Shown in pieces: positions 17,811-27,682 of a stretch of DNA of 64,000 nucleotides. Source of the stretch: Patescibacteria group bacterium (lineage in GTDB: Bacteria; Patescibacteriota; CPR2; UBA1875); contig JBGSRK010000010.1 of assembly GCA_041737595.1 (NCBI GenBank), positions 96,001-160,000 of the forward strand, in the 5' to 3' direction. The notes beneath the pieces are model-generated. The model was given only the letters and a program-made list of their open reading frames with translations. It was not told the origin of the DNA and did not search any database. The position numbers and the translations under genes are program-made. The first letter of the stretch is position 1. Each line of letters begins with the position of its first letter.

Positions 17811-18614
17811 ATGAAATTAATAAAGGGTCTTGTAATATTTTTCGGTATAATCGTGGTGATAATACTTTTAGTATTGGGTTATCTAGGTTACATTAAACCA
17901 ATTGCAAATGTTTTGGGTACGAATAAGCCAGTCGATTTAGGTATAAAATATACAGATTCTGATCTTGGAAGTGTAAAGCAAAAGTTTGGAGTTGAATTAG
18001 TAGAAATTGAATCAAGCGATCCAAATAATTCAATTAGATATGAAGGCGAACAAAAAGTAGAAAAATCTTTCACAGATGAAGAAATCACCGCCATGGTAAA
18101 TTCTAAAAAATGGATTTATACACCAGTAACAAATGTTCAAATAAAAATTGGGGAAGACGGTACAATTGAATCATCTGGAACATTAATGGTAAGCAGGCTC
18201 GCAAATTACTTTAGCGCTGTTTCTGGAGCCACTGTCAGCACAGATGAAGTAAATAAAGCAGTCGGTATATTACCGAAAGAAGTTCCTTATTATATTTCAG
18301 GAACAGCAAGTGTTTCTAATGGGGATGTATCGATAGACGTAAACTCATTCTCAATCGGAAAAAAGGTTTCTTTTATAAATTTTATGTCTACTGCTTATGC
18401 AAATTCTGTTAATGCCAGTGTTTCTTCGTTTAAGGTTGGTCAATTTGCAATATCTCAATCAATAATTTCTAGCTATAAAGATCAAATAAATAGTTTTTTA
18501 ACCACTAGATTAAATAAAATATCAGGACTTAAGGCAAATTTGGTTACCTTTGAAAAGGGTGAAATGAATTTTTCTGGCACTATGCCAACCAAAAAATATA
18601 GAGTAGTTAAATAA
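17811..18614 (+). CDS. Membrane-anchored hypothetical protein
   Basis: N-terminal TM, AGGAG SD, no recognised catalytic motif. Confidence 0.75.
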   Translation: MKLIKGLVIFFGIIVVIILLVLGYLGYIKPIANVLGTNKPVDLGIKYTDSDLGSVKQKFGVELVEIESSDPNNSIRYEGEQKVEKSFTDEEITAMVNSKKWIYTPVTNVQIKIGEDGTIESSGTLMVSRLANYFSAVSGATVSTDEVNKAVGILPKEVPYYISGTASVSNGDVSIDVNSFSIGKKVSFINFMSTAYANSVNASVSSFKVGQFAISQSIISSYKDQINSFLTTRLNKISGLKANLVTFEKGEMNFSGTMPTKKYRVVK

Positions 18615-18630
18615 TTGCTAATTAATAATA

Positions 18631-20352
18631 TTAGTGTGGGTATTTATCTGGAGAGTCATATTTAGAAACAAACTTACTTGTTGTTTTAAGCTTACCGCTC
18701 TCATCATATATAAATCTCCAAATTACTGCTGTAAAAGAACCATTCCCACGTACGCCAATGTCATAAATTAAAGGGGATACTTTTTCAACAATCGGAACTG
18801 CTCCAGCTCCTCCTTCATTCCCAGAAAAGGATAAAGTTCTCTTTAATTTTGTACCATAGAAATCAAATGAAAGTTTATTACCATCAATTCTTGTTTGAAT
18901 TAAAATATATTTTTCGGTATCATTTTTAAATATTAAATCTGGTTTAGGGATATAAACAGTCGCGTCAACTCCATATGGTTTGTAATAACTCACAGGATAA
19001 GAATGAGCTCTGCGAGAAACAATAGGGAGCCCTGCGTTTAATGCTGCCCTAAACGCAGTAGAAGATACCTGACACATTCCGCCACCATATTCTGGAATAG
19101 TTTTATTATCCTTTATAACAAGTTCTGGTAAATAACCAGTAGAGGCATCAACTGGGCCAAGGGTAGTAATAAATGAAAATGTCTCCCCAGGTCGAATTAA
19201 AACTCCATTAAATTTAGATGCTCCAACTTTTATATTATGTCTTCTATTTACTGGAGAACCAGCAAAATTTGAATATCCAGTTGATACAAGCTCTGAAAGA
19301 CCGAGCTCCTCTAAATTATCTACTCTAATTTCTGCCTTAAGTGGTTCGAGAGTAAGATTAGTTTCTTTTTCATTAGAGTTAATTGCTGAAGAAATTATTT
19401 CAGAAGATTTTTCTATATTTACTTTTTGACCATCTATATCTTTAGAAGATATAGTTACCTTTCCATCTAATGTTCCTAATTTAGCATTAATAGGATTAAA
19501 ATTAATCTCTCCTGCTAGGTCAGATAAATACAAACTTATTTTCCTTTCAGAAAATATTGAACCTTCTAAATTTTCTCCAGGAAAAAGAAATTTATCTCCT
19601 TCATATATCATTGCCTTTGATATACCTTCACCAGAAAGATCTACAAAAGAAAGTTTTTCTTTGTCATTAATTATATAACTATTATTTTTTGTGTTAATAA
19701 CTAAATTATTTTTTGTTTTTTCTAAGATCTCCTTTTTTTGATTATTATCAATACCTCCCAAAACAGCTTCTCCAGTATTAAAGATCGCAATATTATAATC
19801 TGTTTCAAGTTCTGATGCAGACTGTTTGAAATTATGAACAGTTTCTGAAAAATTTACTCTTACTCCAGCATCACCTGATTTAACCTTTAGTTCATCTCCT
19901 TCAAAAAATATTTCAGGGCTTTTTGTTGTAGTTCTTAATATCTCGTTCTGATTATTTATTAAATTATATATTAAATCGTTACTATATTTTAAAGTAAGGG
20001 GAAAATCTTTTTTAAAACCTAACATAAAGGGATTTTTGGAGCTTTTTGAAATTGCATTAGATATGCTTTTATTAATATCAAAGCTTATACCAATGTCTTT
20101 AAGATAAATATCCTCAGGTTTTTGAGATACAATTTTAACTTTTTTTGAATTATATAAATCAATTCTTTCAGTTAAAATTTTCTCTGCTTCTTCTTGGGTT
20201 TTACCTGAAATATTTATACCTGCAATAAATATATTTGGATAAACTTTATTTTTATATATAAACCAGAATCCGAGTGTAATCATAAAATAGAAAGATATTA
20301 TCCCAATAGATCCTAAGATAATATAAAAAATATATTTGTTTTGAAACTTCAT
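18631..20352 (-). CDS. VanW-family protein with N-terminal peptidoglycan-binding repeats
   Basis: 'R.HNI......NG.LI.PGETFSF', 'GGG.CQVSST.FRAAL.AGL.I..R..HS', 'G.DATVY.P..DL.FKN'. Confidence 0.9.
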   Translation of the reverse strand: MKFQNKYIFYIILGSIGIISFYFMITLGFWFIYKNKVYPNIFIAGINISGKTQEEAEKILTERIDLYNSKKVKIVSQKPEDIYLKDIGISFDINKSISNAISKSSKNPFMLGFKKDFPLTLKYSNDLIYNLINNQNEILRTTTKSPEIFFEGDELKVKSGDAGVRVNFSETVHNFKQSASELETDYNIAIFNTGEAVLGGIDNNQKKEILEKTKNNLVINTKNNSYIINDKEKLSFVDLSGEGISKAMIYEGDKFLFPGENLEGSIFSERKISLYLSDLAGEINFNPINAKLGTLDGKVTISSKDIDGQKVNIEKSSEIISSAINSNEKETNLTLEPLKAEIRVDNLEELGLSELVSTGYSNFAGSPVNRRHNIKVGASKFNGVLIRPGETFSFITTLGPVDASTGYLPELVIKDNKTIPEYGGGMCQVSSTAFRAALNAGLPIVSRRAHSYPVSYYKPYGVDATVYIPKPDLIFKNDTEKYILIQTRIDGNKLSFDFYGTKLKRTLSFSGNEGGAGAVPIVEKVSPLIYDIGVRGNGSFTAVIWRFIYDESGKLKTTSKFVSKYDSPDKYPH

Positions 20353-20504
20353 ACTCCTAATTTAACTTAAAAATTACTCCTTTTAAAGATAGTAAATAAT
20401 TTGTTAAATAATTATTTTATCTAAACTACCAATATTCCTATTAATTTTTTTAATCAAAATGTGCGATCGGAAATTTCGATTACAATATAAAAACATAAAT
20501 ATAA

Positions 20505-20534
20505 TTGACATGGATAAAAAATAAGATTTATAAT
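20505..20534 (+). promoter_or_regulatory. Consensus sigma70 promoter of the PaaX-like gene
   Basis: TTGACA-N18-TATAAT. Confidence 0.7.
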
Positions 20535-20593
20535 AATTGTTAATATTCTTATGATTAAAAAATGCTAATTCAAAACCCATTACCGCACGTTCA

Positions 20594-21091
20594 TTGCTTT
20601 TTGAATTAGCATTTTCTGGAAGATCAATTAGACTAGAAAGAATAATAAATAATTTTCAAGGGAACAAACATCGCATTCAAATTTGTTTAAATTATTTAAT
20701 AAACAAAGGGTATGTCGACTTAAAAAATACGGGTGATTCTAGGATTTTTTTAATAAACCAAAAAGGCAGACAAAGAATATTAAAATATAACATTAAAGAT
20801 TTAAAAATAAAGAAAACCAAAGAGTGGGATAATAAATGGAGGTTAATAATTTTTGATATTCCAGAAAAAGAAAAATCTAAAAGGAATATGCTTACAAGAA
20901 AATTAAAAAACATGGGGTTTATTTGTTTACAAAAAAGTGTTTTTGTCCATCCTTACAGATGTTTTAAAGAAGTAAATTTTTTAAGAAACGTTTATGGAAT
21001 TACTAAATATGTAAAAATATTTACACTAGAAAACACAGATGATGCAAAATCATTTTTGTGTAAATATTACAAAATAAATCATGAGAATTAA
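20594..21091 (+). CDS. PaaX-like regulator (wHTH plus Cas2-like ferredoxin domain)
   Basis: 'L..L..KGYV......I.QKG' wHTH, then 'WD.KWRLIIFDIPE...KR....RKLK.MGF..LQKSVF.HPY'. Confidence 0.85.
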   Translation: MLFELAFSGRSIRLERIINNFQGNKHRIQICLNYLINKGYVDLKNTGDSRIFLINQKGRQRILKYNIKDLKIKKTKEWDNKWRLIIFDIPEKEKSKRNMLTRKLKNMGFICLQKSVFVHPYRCFKEVNFLRNVYGITKYVKIFTLENTDDAKSFLCKYYKINHEN

Positions 21092-21216
21092 ATTATTTAT
21101 AATTATAAAAATAACTATAAATTAAATAAATAAACTTGTAATCATAATGTGCGATCGGTAATTTCGATTACAAGTTTTTTTATAAAAGATTAATGGTTTA
21201 TTTAATATTTATAATA

Positions 21217-22251
21217 TTATTTATTTTTTCTTGTTTTAAATTGGTGGACTATTATAAGAATCATTCCACCTATTAAAACTAACGCAAAACAACCAGCAAA
21301 AACAAAATATCCATAACGAGGGCGGATCATGGCAGAATAAACCGCCATTCCTCCAAAAAATATAGAAAGAATATATAAAAATATTACAGTTTGAATTGAT
21401 GAAAAACCTAAGTCTAACAAACGATGATGAATGTGTTTTCTATCACCCTCATAAATAGGTTTTCTTGTTATTAACCTTCTTGCAATCGCAAATAGCGTAT
21501 CAAATATTGGTATGGCTAGTATTAATATTGGTACAGCAAGAGAAAAAGCTGCTGCAAGTTTAACTGATCCCATAATAGAAAGCGCAGCAAGTGAAAAGCC
21601 TAAAAACATTGAACCCGTATCTCCCATAAATATTCTCGAACGGAAATTATGTGGGAGAAAACCAAGAGCAGAAAACCCAATAATTAGGGCAAGTACCGCA
21701 ACAGTAAGTTGACCGTTCAAAAATGCCACAACTGCAATCGTAAAAGCAGATATTGTAGATACACCCGCTGCAAGCCCATCCAAACCATCAATCAGATTTA
21801 TTGCATTTGTGATACCGATAAGCCAAAAAAATGTTAATGGGAGGGACAATAAATTCATGCTTTGTGGTAAATGCCCTTGGAAAATTGACGCGATATCTAT
21901 TTGCACTCCAAATGAAATTATAATAATTGCTGCAAGTGATTGAAAAATTAGTTTTGGGATAGCAGAAAGTCCTAAAATATCATCAAAAATCCCAAGAATC
22001 ACAATTATTGTAGTTGCAATAGCAAAACCTGTTATTTCGGGTGAGGTTCTGTTTAAAAACAAAAAAGCAGCAATAAAACCTAAAAATATTGCTGCTCCGC
22101 CCCCAGACACAGTTGGAGTGGTATGCACTTTTCTAAAATTTGGGATATCTATTGCCCCAATTTTACCAGAAAACTTTTTTATAAATGGGGTCACAAAATA
22201 AGAAACCCCGAAGGCAATTGCTGAAAGTATTAATATTTTTTCAGTACTCAT
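21217..22251 (-). CDS. wecA: Undecaprenyl-phosphate GlcNAc-1-P transferase (WecA/TagO, MraY family)
   Basis: 'D.P..RKVH..PT..GG', 'G..DD', 'NAINLIDGLDGLA', 'FMGDTGS', 'HIHHRL'. Confidence 0.92.
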   Translation of the reverse strand: MSTEKILILSAIAFGVSYFVTPFIKKFSGKIGAIDIPNFRKVHTTPTVSGGGAAIFLGFIAAFLFLNRTSPEITGFAIATTIIVILGIFDDILGLSAIPKLIFQSLAAIIIISFGVQIDIASIFQGHLPQSMNLLSLPLTFFWLIGITNAINLIDGLDGLAAGVSTISAFTIAVVAFLNGQLTVAVLALIIGFSALGFLPHNFRSRIFMGDTGSMFLGFSLAALSIMGSVKLAAAFSLAVPILILAIPIFDTLFAIARRLITRKPIYEGDRKHIHHRLLDLGFSSIQTVIFLYILSIFFGGMAVYSAMIRPRYGYFVFAGCFALVLIGGMILIIVHQFKTRKNK

Positions 22252-22338
22252 ATAACCACTTGATTATAACAACTATTATTAATTTTTTGAAGCAAGTTGC
22301 TTATAGTCTAATCATTAAACCTTCTATATAATATTAGT

Positions 22339-22815
22339 GTGAAAAAAATATTATTCGTTACAGGGTCAGGGGGACACAGTACAGAATCATTAATACTGTT
22401 TGAACAAATAAAAGATAAGTTTGAATTTGAATTTTTATTAGAAAACGACGATCCTTTTACAAAAAAACAAATTAAAGAACTAAAAATTTACGAAGCAATT
22501 ACTATTAGAGGTAAGAAAGAAAACTTTCTGTTTACTATATTTAGGGGAATAAAATGTTCTATAGAATCTTTTTTTGTATTTATAAAATCTAAACCAGATA
22601 TAATCCTAAGCGCTGGACCAGGTATTGCTATCCCAATATCATACTTAGGCAAGTTGTTTGGGAAAAAAATAATATTTATAGAAAGTTGGTCAAGAGTTAA
22701 CACTAAATCAATTGCTGGCAAATTTATCTACCCAATATCTAATCAATTTTATGTTCAATGGCCAGAAATGACTAAGATATACAAAAAAGGAATTTATAAG
22801 GGGAGGTTGGGATGA
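22339..22815 (+). CDS. Alg14/PssD-like glycosyltransferase subunit
   Basis: 'GSGGH', 'PD.I.S.GPG', 'IFIES.SR', 'VQWP'. Confidence 0.9.
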   Translation: MKKILFVTGSGGHSTESLILFEQIKDKFEFEFLLENDDPFTKKQIKELKIYEAITIRGKKENFLFTIFRGIKCSIESFFVFIKSKPDIILSAGPGIAIPISYLGKLFGKKIIFIESWSRVNTKSIAGKFIYPISNQFYVQWPEMTKIYKKGIYKGRLG

Positions 22816-23249
22816 TTTTTGTAACCGTTGGGACAACTTCTTTTAATACCTTAATAAAAGCCATTGATGAAACAAAAATCAATGATAAGGTAATTATCCA
22901 AAAATCAGATGGGTCATATCTCCCCAAAAATTATGAATTTTTTGAATATACTAATGAAATAAAAAAATATTATAGCGAGGCAGAAATAATTATCACTCAT
23001 GGGGGAGCAGGTTCAATCTTTAAATTAGTTGGTATGGGGAAAAAAGTAATTGGTGTTGCAAATGAAGAAAGAACCGACAAGCACCAATCTGATATTTTAA
23101 AAAAAATGGCTGATGAGAATTATTTGATTTGGTGTAAAGATTTAACCAAAATAAATGAAGCTATTACCAAAGCAAAGAAAACAAATTTTAAAAAATACAC
23201 TCCGCCTGAGTGCAATATAGCTGAATATATAACAGAATTTTTAAACTAA
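22812..23249 (+). CDS. Alg13/PssE-like glycosyltransferase subunit
   Basis: 'MIFVTVGTT.F', 'ITHGGAGSI', 'D.HQ'. Confidence 0.9.
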   Translation: MIFVTVGTTSFNTLIKAIDETKINDKVIIQKSDGSYLPKNYEFFEYTNEIKKYYSEAEIIITHGGAGSIFKLVGMGKKVIGVANEERTDKHQSDILKKMADENYLIWCKDLTKINEAITKAKKTNFKKYTPPECNIAEYITEFLN

Positions 23250-24341
23250 TTATTTTAAATCTTTGAATAATTTACTTATATTAGAAAGCCATAAATTATA
23301 ATCATATTTTTTTATGGCATCTTTTTGCCCATTTTTTGCAATTTCTAAAGCCTTTGAGAGATTATTTATAACATATTCAATTTTTTCCATTAGATCATTA
23401 CTATTTACATCTTTTGTAACAAAACCAGAAACACTATCTTCTACAATCTCTGGGAGTGATCCTTTTGGTGTAACAATAACAGGCAAACCAGTCATCATAG
23501 CCTCAACTGTTGCTAGCCCAAAGCCCTCCGAAAGAGATGGTTGGATATAAACATCCCATTTATTTAAATATTTATAGATATCGTCTTTTTGGCCCAAAAG
23601 TTCAACTTTATTATTTAACCCAAAACTATTAATCATATTCTCAAGATTATTTCTTTCTGCACCTTCACCCATGATTTCCAATTTAATATTTTTGTTTTCT
23701 ACTTGTGATATAGATTTTATAAGTTCACCAAAATTTTTTACTGGGTGTAACCGTCCAATTGAACCAATAACCAAGCATTTGTCATCCTGAGGCAGAGCCG
23801 AAGGATCTATAGATTCTTCGTTACACTCAGAATGAAGCTCAAAAAAAACACCATTATAGATAACTGTTATTTTATCTTCTTTGACCCCTTCTTGTATTAG
23901 GCCTTTTTTAAGATATTCTGAAACAGTAACATACTTCGAAGTAGCGAAGCGTAAAAGTCTATCAGAAACATAATAAATTATTTTTTTAAAAATATTCCTC
24001 TGATAATCAGTTTTCCAATCACTATGGATTATAGTTATTACGGGTATTTTATATAAAAATCCCCATAGACGACCATAAAAATTTGAAACCATCCCCATTG
24101 TTACTATGGTAGAAATATTCTTAAAGTATTTTGATCCAGGGAGAAAAGAAATGCATTTATTAAAAACTTTTGTTTCAAATTTTAATTCCTTAAGTTCATC
24201 TACAAGTGGCCAATTATTTATTGAGTATAAATGAAGATTAATTTTATTATCTTTTTTTAGACCATTAAATAAATTTAAAATATAGGTATAAATACCACCT
24301 TTGTTTTGTGCCCCACCATATAATATGACTATGTTTTTCAT
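23250..24341 (-). CDS. GT4 glycosyltransferase carrying an in-frame palindromic insertion
   Basis: 'GRL...K', 'PS.SEGFGL...EAM..G.PVI'; extra segment LHSECNEESIDPSALPQDDK. Confidence 0.9.
   Translation of the reverse strand: MKNIVILYGGAQNKGGIYTYILNLFNGLKKDNKINLHLYSINNWPLVDELKELKFETKVFNKCISFLPGSKYFKNISTIVTMGMVSNFYGRLWGFLYKIPVITIIHSDWKTDYQRNIFKKIIYYVSDRLLRFATSKYVTVSEYLKKGLIQEGVKEDKITVIYNGVFFELHSECNEESIDPSALPQDDKCLVIGSIGRLHPVKNFGELIKSISQVENKNIKLEIMGEGAERNNLENMINSFGLNNKVELLGQKDDIYKYLNKWDVYIQPSLSEGFGLATVEAMMTGLPVIVTPKGSLPEIVEDSVSGFVTKDVNSNDLMEKIEYVINNLSKALEIAKNGQKDAIKKYDYNLWLSNISKLFKDLK
23781..23835. repeat. Palindromic REP/MITE-like element inside a GT4 gene
   Basis: Reverse complement TCATTCTGAGTGTAACGAAGAATCTATAGATCCTTCGGCTCTGCCTCAGGATGAC aligns with 3113-3171. 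Confidence 0.88.
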
Positions 24342-24368
24342 AAATTAATTTATTTTATTATAACAATT

Positions 24369-25619
24369 TCAACTGTTTTCACCTAAGGAATTACCAAAAA
24401 TTATTGCTACAGGGATTGAAATTGCTAGGAATTCAAACGTATTAGAAGCAAACATCATAAATGAAAATGCTAACATTGAACTATATAACAAATACTTATA
24501 ATTGTTTTTAATAAAACTAACCTGGAATATAACAGAGATCAGAAACCCCAAGAAAGTCAAAAACCCCAAGATACCAAATTGGATTAAAAATGCTATATAT
24601 TGATTATCGGTTGTCAAAAGTGGAACATAACCATTCTGCATACCTAAAAAATATATCGGACTCGAATACATTTCTGCAAATTTACCACCATAGGTGCCCG
24701 CACCTGTCCCAATAAATGGATGATTTTTTAATATATATAAACCATTTTTAAAAGACCAAATTCTACCATCTATAGAAGCATTTAACCAGTATTCTGGGTT
24801 AAAGATCACTAAAATTCTGGATTTCAACCCTGTAAAAAATGCAAGGTTACTAATTTTATTTTTAAAATAATTTATTGAGATAAATGGCAAAATGCCAAAC
24901 AGACCTGCAACCCAAGCTGTTCGAGAAAGCGACACAAAAGATGCAGTGATAAAAACCAACATTATAATTATATATTTTATATCTTTTTTATCTTTAAATA
25001 TCGAAAGACAAATAAGAACCATCAAGACCATTAACATACCAAATACATTTGGACTCGTAAAAAATGCACTTGCTCGACCATAGATTGATTCAAGGGATGA
25101 TGTTGTGAAAACTACATTCCCACTAAAATACTGCCAAATACCATAAATTGCCAACGGCAAACTGCTAAATAATAAGCTATTCAATAGTTTTATAGTCGAT
25201 TGAGCTTGTGCCCAAATAAATGCTATAAAAAATAAAATAATTAACATTATATACATAGGAGCGTTTAGTCCGGCTTCGCCCCTAATAACTGCTAAAAAAC
25301 TTGAACATATAGAAATTAACAAAAAACCAATATACCAATAATGTACTTTATATATCTTAATCTTACTTTTATCAGCAAATATAAGCGCAAAAAATAATAA
25401 TATAAATGGCAATATATCTACTACATTACCCGGCAACATTATTTTAAACATTGGCTCATACCAACTTACAACAAGTGCAATTATCCCTAAGAAAAAAGAT
25501 AATTTAGTATTTTTATATTGAAATAGTTCTAATATTTTAGATTCTTTTATTTTTTTATCAACGGAGTTAATAAATAAATTATTAACAACCCATGAATTTT
25601 TAAATAAATTAATCTTCAT
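24369..25619 (-). CDS. O-antigen ligase/Wzy_C family membrane protein
   Basis: Polytopic; 'R..AFF.SPN', 'S.SRTAW', 'GR', 'P..G.GAG.Y', 'DNQY...L...GILG'. Confidence 0.8.
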   Translation of the reverse strand: MKINLFKNSWVVNNLFINSVDKKIKESKILELFQYKNTKLSFFLGIIALVVSWYEPMFKIMLPGNVVDILPFILLFFALIFADKSKIKIYKVHYWYIGFLLISICSSFLAVIRGEAGLNAPMYIMLIILFFIAFIWAQAQSTIKLLNSLLFSSLPLAIYGIWQYFSGNVVFTTSSLESIYGRASAFFTSPNVFGMLMVLMVLICLSIFKDKKDIKYIIIMLVFITASFVSLSRTAWVAGLFGILPFISINYFKNKISNLAFFTGLKSRILVIFNPEYWLNASIDGRIWSFKNGLYILKNHPFIGTGAGTYGGKFAEMYSSPIYFLGMQNGYVPLLTTDNQYIAFLIQFGILGFLTFLGFLISVIFQVSFIKNNYKYLLYSSMLAFSFMMFASNTFEFLAISIPVAIIFGNSLGENS

Positions 25620-26007
25620 AATTAAATGATTCGATTACTCCACGTGCAAAAAAACTGCCATGAAGTTCTGCCTTTTGGCCAATTAATACTCTTTGGCCAT
25701 TAAAATTATAAACTTCTTCATCTTTTTCGGCTGAGGCTTTTATTGTAACGATAATACCATCATCTGTTTTTTCAAAAGATTCTATTTCAGAAGCGTTATT
25801 AGAACCGTTAAGATAAATTTTTTCACCTTGTTTTATAGATTCTTTTATTAAATCTGCATTTTCAGTTACATGAACTCCTAAGGTAGCATAACCAGAGAGT
25901 GCTTTTGTTGGAGAATACCAGGAAATAAATAAAAGTAAAAAAAACGAAATAACTGATATTATAATCAGATAATCAAATAAATTTAGTTTAATTCTCTTAT
26001 TTTCCAT
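25609..26007 (-). CDS. DUF4330-like membrane-anchored protein
   Basis: 'KLNLFDYLII' N-terminus, TM helix, 'GQ...IG'. Confidence 0.55.
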   Translation of the reverse strand: MENKRIKLNLFDYLIIISVISFFLLLFISWYSPTKALSGYATLGVHVTENADLIKESIKQGEKIYLNGSNNASEIESFEKTDDGIIVTIKASAEKDEEVYNFNGQRVLIGQKAELHGSFFARGVIESFNYED

Positions 26008-26677
26008 ATTTCTCCTTAATTATATACCAAATGAACATCAAAAGCCTTGGGAATCTTTTAAACCTTTTTGGTTCTATAACCATTCTCCAAAGCCATTCTA
26101 GCCCAATCCTTTGTATTATCAATGGAGATCTTTTATACACTCCGCTTGCAACATCAAACGAACCACCTGCTGTCATTGTGGTTATTTTAAGCTCCCTATG
26201 AACCCTTAGAGCTAGCTCTGCGGCTCTTTTCGCCCCCATCCCAATGAAACATACCTTAGCACCAGACTTTTTAATATTTTCTATTATTTTGTTATCATCC
26301 CCAGTAAAACCATCATGATATCCGACCAAATTTAATCCTTGTGATTTGTAACTTTTTGCGGCTCTTTTAATATTATCTTCTGTTGTCCCCCAAATATATG
26401 TAGGAGTTTTGGGATATTCTTCAATTAATTGATTTATTAAATCAATCCCGCTTATTTTTTCTATTTTTTTACCAGTTAAAAACCAATAACCCAAAGATAG
26501 TCCAACCCCATCTGCAACAAAAACATCTACATTATTTAAAATATTATCCCAATCATCTTGTTTTTGAATTAAGGCCCACTTTTCGGCATGAAGAGGAAGA
26601 ATAAAAACACTTTTTTTTATATTTTTATCCCAAAAGTTATTTGATTTATATATATTTATTCTTCTTAATTTTTGCAT
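25997..26677 (-). CDS. WecG/TagA/CpsF glycosyltransferase (GT26)
   Basis: 'ADG.G', 'I.GIDL', 'G.HDGF', 'GGSFDV.SG..KR.P', 'GLEWLWR'. Confidence 0.9.
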   Translation of the reverse strand: MQKLRRINIYKSNNFWDKNIKKSVFILPLHAEKWALIQKQDDWDNILNNVDVFVADGVGLSLGYWFLTGKKIEKISGIDLINQLIEEYPKTPTYIWGTTEDNIKRAAKSYKSQGLNLVGYHDGFTGDDNKIIENIKKSGAKVCFIGMGAKRAAELALRVHRELKITTMTAGGSFDVASGVYKRSPLIIQRIGLEWLWRMVIEPKRFKRFPRLLMFIWYIIKEKYGK

Positions 26678-26680
26678 AAG

Positions 26681-27682
26681 TTATTTTAAATATACTTTTT
26701 CGGTTTCAGCCCACATTCTTTCAATCGTAAACTTTTTTTTGTATAAATCATAGGCATAAGTATTATTTATTAATGCAGTTTTTCCCGCTAATTTTATTAT
26801 TGATAAGAAATCACCATATTTAGCTTGATATTTATCTGGGATTACTTCAGTTAATGATTCTAAATCAAAGGTTATTACGGGTATATTTGCAGAATAAGCC
26901 TCCAGGGCCGATAAAGACATTACTTCAGTTGATGATGGGAGAACCATTACTGATATTTGTTCGAAAAATTCAGCTATATTGTCTATATTACCTAATAAAA
27001 TAATATTTTTATTGTTTATTAATTTAATATCATTTAAATCTGGTCCATCGCCAGCAATGACAAGTTTGCGGTCAAGGTTATATAATTTTGCGAATTCTAG
27101 TATTCCTTTTTCTTTTGACAATCTCCCTAAATATCCTATCCCAGCACCTCTCTTTTTTACTTCTACTTTTGGAACACCATTATAAACTACTGATATTTTT
27201 TTATTTGTGATTCCATTAATAATCATTTGATTTTTTAGATAATTTGAAATTGCAATAAAAGAATCTGTTTTTAGTTGTATTAATTTGTAAAAAGGTCTGA
27301 CTTTAAGTGGTAACTGGTCAAGCCGATGAAAGGTTCTTATAATCTTAATTTTTGCCCCAAATATTTTTGCAAAAACAGATAAAAAATGTTCTCTTAAAAA
27401 ATGAGTATGGACAATATCAATATTATTTTCTGTAAAATATTTTTTTAATATAAATACAGCCGTCAAGTCGTACCAACTTTTCATCTTTATTATTTTATAT
27501 TTAAAAGGTTGATTATCCCCAAAGTTTTTTGGTGAAGTAGCCATATTTTCTAAACCTGGGCCTTCTTTACCAAAAACAAAAGTAATATTATTCCCACTTT
27601 TACGAGCTTCATAACTTAAATAGGTAATATATTTCTCTGCTCCCCCTGTACCTGGATAATCAATAATATGCAATATATTCAT
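26681..27682 (-). CDS. GT4 glycosyltransferase
   Basis: 'GGAEKY', 'HTH', 'YNGV', 'GRLS.EKG', 'PS..E.....LEA'. Confidence 0.9.
   Translation of the reverse strand: MNILHIIDYPGTGGAEKYITYLSYEARKSGNNITFVFGKEGPGLENMATSPKNFGDNQPFKYKIIKMKSWYDLTAVFILKKYFTENNIDIVHTHFLREHFLSVFAKIFGAKIKIIRTFHRLDQLPLKVRPFYKLIQLKTDSFIAISNYLKNQMIINGITNKKISVVYNGVPKVEVKKRGAGIGYLGRLSKEKGILEFAKLYNLDRKLVIAGDGPDLNDIKLINNKNIILLGNIDNIAEFFEQISVMVLPSSTEVMSLSALEAYSANIPVITFDLESLTEVIPDKYQAKYGDFLSIIKLAGKTALINNTYAYDLYKKKFTIERMWAETEKVYLK

Larger units (their letters stand above)
20458..21173. repeat. 28-bp direct repeat AATGTGCGATCGGWAATTTCGATTACAA flanking the PaaX-like gene (20458-20485, 21146-21173)
   Basis: 27/28 identity; each copy is an imperfect palindrome. 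Confidence 0.9.

Noticed and set aside
20458-21173. CRISPR array or cas2 locus
   Set aside because: Only two repeats, 660 bp apart with a gene between them; no spacers and no cas1 or other cas genes in the window.
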